In this document: piece by piece, positions 25,844 to 30,727 of the stretch | How positions within the stretch are numbered: the first letter of the stretch is position 1 | How the letters are laid out: each line of letters starts with the position of its first letter | Source of the DNA: Planctomycetota bacterium | Lineage (GTDB): Bacteria > Planctomycetota > GCA-002687715 > DRQF01 | Reading direction: 5' to 3' | DNA: 30,727 bases | Assembly: GCA_027001995.1 (NCBI GenBank) | Contig: JALTLO010000088.1 | Location: 79,367-110,093 of the forward strand | Notes under the pieces: model-generated | The model's input: only the letters and a program-made list of their open reading frames with translations | The model's database searches: none | Told to the model about the DNA's origin: nothing | Made by a program: the position numbers and the translations under genes

Positions 25844-26330
25844 GCCGCACTTGATCGAAAAAGACGGTGTTTTCTTGGCAGACAATTGCACCGTGGTCGG
25901 AGATGTGACACTGAGTTCTCATGTTTCCGTCTGGTATGGCGCAGTGATTCGTGGGGATGTTGCCCCCATCGCTGTTGGTGCCAATTCGAATGTCCAGGAC
26001 TTGGCCGTGATCCACCCTCAGCTTGATGAAGATATCCAAATCGGCGAGAACGTCACGATTGGACATGCCGCCGTGGTTCACGGACGAAAAATCGGCGATT
26101 CATGTTTGATTGGCATGAAGGCTGTGCTCTTGCCCGGTTCTGAAATTGGCGAAGGGTCCATCGTGGGCGCTGGAGCCTTGGTCACGCAGGGCAAGATTAT
26201 CCCTCCTCGATCCGTGGTCATGGGGTCTCCGGGCAAAGTTGTTCGTCAAGTAACGGATGAAGAATACCAAGAGCGCTTGGACCACGCTTCTTACTATATT
26301 GACTATGCTCGACGCCATCTGGAAGACTGA
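25836..26330 (+). CDS. Gamma carbonic anhydrase family protein (hexapeptide repeat)
   Basis: Motifs VWYGAVIRGD, NVQDLAVIH, TIGHAAVVHG (three His ligands), GSPGK. SD ggaggagg precedes ATG 25836. Confidence 0.95.
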   Translation: MRKPHLIEKDGVFLADNCTVVGDVTLSSHVSVWYGAVIRGDVAPIAVGANSNVQDLAVIHPQLDEDIQIGENVTIGHAAVVHGRKIGDSCLIGMKAVLLPGSEIGEGSIVGAGALVTQGKIIPPRSVVMGSPGKVVRQVTDEEYQERLDHASYYIDYARRHLED

Positions 26331-27304
26331 ACATCCCGGCTTTGCACCAAGGATTCCCCGGCCCTAAGAATCTCGACCACATCGGCCATGTCCTGGGGCA
26401 AGGGTGCCTGAAATTCCTGGGCACCGGGGGCACCTGGAATTTGAAGTTCTAAGAGGGCAGCGTGGAGAGCTTGGCGTTCGAGAATGGGCTCTTCTCCCAA
26501 GCGACCGACACTTCTTGGATCTCCATAGAGCGGATCAGCCACAACAGGAAAACCGATGTGGCGCAAATGGAGGCGTATCTGATGTTGGCGTCCGGTCTCG
26601 ATGGCAACTCGGACCAGTGTGTGGTGAGGGAAGCGCTCTACCACGTGCCACAAACTGCGGCATTTCTGTCCATCCTTGCGCACGCACATCTTGATTCTGA
26701 TCTCCGCTTTTTCGTCAGGGCCCAGGGATGCGGTGATCTCACCTTTGTCTTCTTGAATGACACCTTCCACCAGGGCTAAGTACTCTTTTCTCGGGTGGCG
26801 GTTCTGAAAAATCTGTTGCAAGTGTTGTTTGGCTTCTTGGTTCTTGGCAACCACCAAGACCCCGGATGTATCCCGATCCAAACGGTGAACAACATGGGGC
26901 TCTGTGTTCTTGCCTTCATGGCGAAATCGGAGGTGCAGGGCGTTCATCAGGGTGTCGTAGACATGGCGCCCGATGGGGTGGACCAGCACGCCTGCTTGTT
27001 TGTTGACCACAATGACTTGGTCATTTTCGAAAATCGTTTCAATGGTAATGTCCCGGGGGTCTTGATCTGGGAGGTCTTCTGGGGAGACGATGACGACAAC
27101 CTCATCGCCTAACTTGAGCCGGGAAGAAGGCTTGGTCGTCTTACCTTCTAAGAGAACGGCACCTCGCTTGATGCGAGCTTGCAAGTCACTGCGGGAGCGC
27201 CAAAAGATCTTGTCAACCAGGAAGTGATCCAGGCGCAGGTCGACATCCTCATCTTTGACTTGAAACTTCACTTCTTGAAGGAATTGTGACAGATCTTTGG
27301 CCAT
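26303..27304 (-). CDS. RluA-family pseudouridine synthase with S4 domain (RluD/RluC-like)
   Basis: RLD...SRS S4 start, VNKQAGVLVHP, catalytic HRLDRDTSG, TGRQHQIR, DPLYG, RQALHA. Confidence 0.95.
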   Translation of the reverse strand: MAKDLSQFLQEVKFQVKDEDVDLRLDHFLVDKIFWRSRSDLQARIKRGAVLLEGKTTKPSSRLKLGDEVVVIVSPEDLPDQDPRDITIETIFENDQVIVVNKQAGVLVHPIGRHVYDTLMNALHLRFRHEGKNTEPHVVHRLDRDTSGVLVVAKNQEAKQHLQQIFQNRHPRKEYLALVEGVIQEDKGEITASLGPDEKAEIRIKMCVRKDGQKCRSLWHVVERFPHHTLVRVAIETGRQHQIRLHLRHIGFPVVADPLYGDPRSVGRLGEEPILERQALHAALLELQIPGAPGAQEFQAPLPQDMADVVEILRAGESLVQSRDVQSSRWRRA

Positions 27305-27316
27305 GAAGGCATTCTA
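27305..27316 (-). promoter_or_regulatory. Putative -10 box for a leaderless transcript of the pseudouridine synthase gene
   Basis: Minus strand reads TAGAAT-gccttc-ATG, a 6 nt spacer with no SD. Confidence 0.5.
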
Positions 27317-27373
27317 TCGTGCTTGTGGCCTTCTCGCCACGTCTGGATGGGGGTAGATTGAGGGAGATCCATC

Positions 27374-28144
27374 GTGAAAGGAGATCTCATGGAGCTTTTG
27401 GGAAAAGACAGAGCAAAGAGGTTGGGAAAACTCCTGAAAGCCAAAGGGCGACAGGGGGAAGGGAAGGTTCTCTTAGATTCCACCCCTCTCATCGATGAAG
27501 CTTTTAAGGCTGGTTTGGTCTCCGAGCTCTTTGTTCTCGAAGGTGTGGAAAGTCACTTTCAGGCGGTGGCGGCAGAAGAAGGAGTCCGGGTGACGTCTTG
27601 CACTGAAGTCACTTTTCCACGGTTGTTAGACGTCAAGAGTTCTATTGGCGTGGTGGCTTTGGCCCACATTGCGAGTTTTGTTGACCTGGAAGCCCCGAGT
27701 TTTGATGCCGCAGCTTTGAACTTCGTCCTTTTCTTGGACCATATTTCAGACCCAGGGAATCTGGGAACAATCGCCCGCAGCGCTGCCGCTTTTGGTTGTG
27801 ATCTTTTTCTTCTCAGTCCCAATTGCGCTGATCCTTATTCACCTAAATGTCTCAGAGCTTCGGCAGGTGCTTTGTTGCGCCTAAAAATTGCTCAGGCTCC
27901 CTTGGCAGCCCAGCATCCTTGGCCCCATTTCTTTCGGGCAACTTCTGATGGTGGCACCTCTCTTGATGATGTGACTCTACCGGAGCGACGAGGATTGTGG
28001 TTGGGCAATGAAGCCCATGGACCGGGAGAGGTGCCCCCTGGTCTTGCTACTACCGATGTGACGATCCCCATGCACCGGGATTCTGAGTCTCTCAACGTCA
28101 CCGCCGCTGCCGCCATTCTGTCTTTTGCCTTCGCCAAGAAATGA
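27374..28144 (+). CDS. TrmH/SpoU family RNA 2'-O-methyltransferase
   Basis: Motifs DPGNLGTIARSAAAFG, DPYSPKCLRASAG, GNEAHG, IPM...ESLNV. Start is GTG 27374 or ATG 27389. Confidence 0.94.
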   Translation: MKGDLMELLGKDRAKRLGKLLKAKGRQGEGKVLLDSTPLIDEAFKAGLVSELFVLEGVESHFQAVAAEEGVRVTSCTEVTFPRLLDVKSSIGVVALAHIASFVDLEAPSFDAAALNFVLFLDHISDPGNLGTIARSAAAFGCDLFLLSPNCADPYSPKCLRASAGALLRLKIAQAPLAAQHPWPHFFRATSDGGTSLDDVTLPERRGLWLGNEAHGPGEVPPGLATTDVTIPMHRDSESLNVTAAAAILSFAFAKK

Positions 28145-28566
28145 TGTGTACGGGACCCTATGACCTCGTCCAGGATCTTAACGAAGAGCAGACGCTGCAG
28201 TTGTTTACTTTGTTTGAAGCAGAATGGTGGACTAACCGCCGGACTTTGGACGAGACGAGGAAAATGCTTAACCACACTCCGTTCATCTTTGGCCTCATTG
28301 AAAGAGAAAGTGGTGTGGTCGCCGGTTTTGCTCGCGTGCTCAGCGATCAAGTCTTCAAAGCTCTTATCATGGACGTCATTGTCCATCCAGTTCATCGCAA
28401 TAGAGGTCTGGGAACCATTCTTCTCGACGCCATCCGCAAACATAGGCAGCTCAAAGACGTCGGCCATTTTGAACTCTATTGTCTCAAAGATATGGTGCCG
28501 TTCTACGAGCGTTGGGGTTTTACTACCGATCTCGGTGATGTCCGCTTCATGCGGGCAGAATCATAG
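28141..28566 (+). CDS. GNAT family N-acetyltransferase
   Basis: Motifs GFARVLSD, DVIVHPVHRNRGLG, FYERWGF. ATGA overlap with the upstream gene. Confidence 0.93.
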   Translation: MMCTGPYDLVQDLNEEQTLQLFTLFEAEWWTNRRTLDETRKMLNHTPFIFGLIERESGVVAGFARVLSDQVFKALIMDVIVHPVHRNRGLGTILLDAIRKHRQLKDVGHFELYCLKDMVPFYERWGFTTDLGDVRFMRAES

Positions 28567-28619
28567 GTGTGCTTTGATGATGACATCTGGGCAGGCCCCA
28601 TAACTTCCTTGTGGGCCGG

Positions 28620-29894
28620 CTAGTCCTTCTTCGCCATGGTGGCTGGGGTGGCACCCACCTTCTCAAGCAGTTTGAGGACGTGGTCGAGTTTGAGACAGAT
28701 GCCGAGGGTTTCCGAATAAACCCGGGTGACAATGCCAACCACGCGGCCGTCAGGGCCGATGAGGGGACCGCCGCTATTTCCTGGGATGATGGAAGCCGTC
28801 ACGTGGATGGTGTTTTCGACCTTTCGGACGGTGCCGATGGAAGGGGAGCTTTCGACTTTTCCTTCCTCCAGGCCATTTTGGCCCCGAGGGAAACCCAAGG
28901 CCATCACTTGGTCCAATTTTTGGATGCCAACAGTGTTGCCGCGCTTGAGGGGCAGGGGATGGAAACCAGTTCCCTCGGCTTTGAGAAGAACAACATCGTT
29001 GTTGTCCAAGGCGTGGATCTTGAGAGTAGGGCCGAATCCGCCGTAGTCCAACTCCCGCTCGTGCATGCTGTCTTTGGCTTGAAGAGCAATCTTCAAGTTC
29101 TTGAGCTTCCAGGTATTGAATCCGATGGTTGTTTTTGGCTCGCCATTTTTGTCGAATGCTTGGCAGCCGCTTTGCCAACAAGCGATGCGAAGAGAGTCTT
29201 TGAGAATCTCAATTTCTCCCAGAGCAGACATCGCCGCCAAATCTGCATCGAACTTCCACGGTTGAACGACATGTTTGTTGGTGGCGATGTGGCCTTCTTT
29301 AGTCACGAAGAACCCACTGCCCCAACCCGTGACAGTCTTGAGGGGTTTCTTCTTGCCGCCAACACTGCCTGTTCGGCGGTAATCGAATTCTGTGTAGATC
29401 ACGGTGGCCGCCGCATCATTAAAAATATCAAATTCCCGAAACACTTGGGTAACAGGTTTTTTGGGCTCAGGGCGGCTACGAAAGCTCGCACGCAAGTCCG
29501 CCAATTCACCACGAAAGGCGCTGACTGTCTCGACAGTTTTGATGTTGGAGTTCTCGGTGGAGGACTCCATTTTCTCCAGACGCGCTTCTAAGGCATTGAT
29601 CGTGTTTAGGTATTTCTTGATTTTGTTGTCGTATTGAGAAGCGGCCATCTCAGTCTCTTCGGTCAACTGACCAAAGAGGTCCTGGTTTTCGTTCCGGATC
29701 TGAGAAAGATCTTGGCGGGCATGGCTCAGTTCTGCTTCTAAGTGGGCATTGTCATGCTCACTGGAGACGACGCGGGTGGTGACCCCGGCTAAACTGAAGG
29801 TCAGTCCAACTGCGACGATCAGGTTGCAATAGGGAAGGATCGTTCTGAGGAATGATCTCTTGGGTGCGCCGTTCACATGGCTTGCTTCGTTCAT
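28620..29894 (-). CDS. Membrane-anchored trypsin-like (S1) serine protease with coiled coil, no PDZ domain
   Basis: GSGFFV and catalytic triad TNKHVV / NDVVLL / PGNSGGP, with an N-terminal hydrophobic segment. ATG 29894 after gaggagg is preferred over the track start at 30056. Confidence 0.92.
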   Translation of the reverse strand: MNEASHVNGAPKRSFLRTILPYCNLIVAVGLTFSLAGVTTRVVSSEHDNAHLEAELSHARQDLSQIRNENQDLFGQLTEETEMAASQYDNKIKKYLNTINALEARLEKMESSTENSNIKTVETVSAFRGELADLRASFRSRPEPKKPVTQVFREFDIFNDAAATVIYTEFDYRRTGSVGGKKKPLKTVTGWGSGFFVTKEGHIATNKHVVQPWKFDADLAAMSALGEIEILKDSLRIACWQSGCQAFDKNGEPKTTIGFNTWKLKNLKIALQAKDSMHERELDYGGFGPTLKIHALDNNDVVLLKAEGTGFHPLPLKRGNTVGIQKLDQVMALGFPRGQNGLEEGKVESSPSIGTVRKVENTIHVTASIIPGNSGGPLIGPDGRVVGIVTRVYSETLGICLKLDHVLKLLEKVGATPATMAKKD

Positions 29895-30083
29895 AAGTCC
29901 TGCCCTCCTCCGACAGAAGTGAGCTTCGCCTGAATTTCCGTCGCTCTCTTGGACCAATTTGTCCTGGACGAAATGAATTCTTATGCGGCGTGCCAGATGC
30001 TCACTTTTCTCTATATCGGCGGTATACTTGAAGAATCTGTTGTCGGATTCTTCCACAGTTGATTTCTTGGGGGCGGTTCAGGC

Positions 30084-30727
30084 TTAGGGGGCGTGGGTGA
30101 GAATAGTTAGGCCTGATGGGACGTCTTCTTGAACCGTCCGTTTGCCGTCCGCCCATAGAACGGTGATTTTCTGGGCAGATATTTGATCTTTGAGCCCAAT
30201 GATGACATCTCTGTGGTGCATGGAGAGATAGCTGGCGTCGGCCCCGTACCAGTGGGTTGAGGTCCCTGATGACGTTTTAACTTGAATGCGCGCACCAAAA
30301 AGAGCTGAGGGAGGGCCCTCTAAGCGCACCGTAATCCCCCGGTGCGAGGTGGGCGTTTCATTTCTCAGTAAGATGAATTTCCCCCGATTGACGTTGATGG
30401 CCAAGTCGACGTCTCCGTCCCCATCGAAATCTGCAGCCGCGAGTCCTCGGGCGTTATGGAGGGCTGAAGCCGTCTTCCCGGCTTTGGGGGCAAGATCAAA
30501 GAATCGACTGCCGTTCCGCCAGAACAAGAAAAAAGGTTCTTGGCGCAGAAAACCCGGACGATCACGTTGCTCCAAGGTACTGCCATTGGCGACCACAATG
30601 TCGGTCAAGCCATCCAGGTCTAAATCGACCATGGCACTTCCCCAACCAACGGTGTCGGTAGATATTTCTCCCAGACGAAAACGCCGAACCCGATCTCGAT
30701 ATTCGATATCACCGCCCCCCACGTCTT
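30084..30727 (-). CDS. CRTAC1-like FG-GAP repeat protein with C-terminal ASPIC/UnbV domain, 5' part outside the window
   Basis: Motifs GWGSAMVDLDLDGLTDIVVANG, ARGLAAADFDGDGDVDL, LLRNE, GARI, SYLS, IGL, W-x-DG. Confidence 0.9.
   Translation of the reverse strand, partial: DVGGGDIEYRDRVRRFRLGEISTDTVGWGSAMVDLDLDGLTDIVVANGSTLEQRDRPGFLRQEPFFLFWRNGSRFFDLAPKAGKTASALHNARGLAAADFDGDGDVDLAINVNRGKFILLRNETPTSHRGITVRLEGPPSALFGARIQVKTSSGTSTHWYGADASYLSMHHRDVIIGLKDQISAQKITVLWADGKRTVQEDVPSGLTILTHAP

Noticed and set aside
26303..26330. 28 nt convergent overlap of gamma-CA and the pseudouridine synthase
   Set aside because: Short 3' overlaps are ordinary in compact genomes.
28611..29591. 326 aa plus-strand ORF
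   Set aside because: Antisense shadow of the protease gene with no recognisable motifs.
29978..29996. Perfect sigma54 -24 element (CTGGCACG, minus strand) upstream of the protease
   Set aside because: The -12 position reads ATAA; there is no GC at the obligatory GG-N10-GC spacing.

Overview
This is a gene-dense bacterial chromosomal window of moderate GC. It is most consistent with Planctomycetota, inferred from a DLG-type Hanks kinase, an ASPIC/UnbV protein and the absence of rimP before nusA. From left to right it holds: a heterodimeric ABC exporter pair (the first gene truncated by the window edge and missing from the ORF track); a secreted hypothetical protein; an LPS lipid A/ADP-heptose cluster (lpxK, split rfaE1/rfaE2, waaF); a four-gene signalling module; a minus-strand nusA-infB-ylxP-rbfA-waaC operon; a sensor kinase and NtrC-type regulator running into thiS-thiG, a CPBP protease and a gamma-carbonic anhydrase; then RNA-modification genes, a GNAT, a membrane-anchored trypsin-like protease and a truncated ASPIC/UnbV gene. 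I found no mobile element, CRISPR array, tRNA or rRNA. The best candidate for an undescribed system is 7802-14605. It encodes an FHA-GAF-sigma54 activator, an exported gluzincin-like protein whose HExxH-x18-E motif has lost the catalytic Glu (HLVGH-x18-E), a membrane Ser/Thr kinase and a stand-alone FHA protein, all sitting between two heptosyltransferase genes. Second is the structured region upstream of nusA, which has an orphan rimP-leader-like hairpin and a candidate ~165 nt small RNA. All calls come from reading motifs by eye; no searches or folding programs were run.
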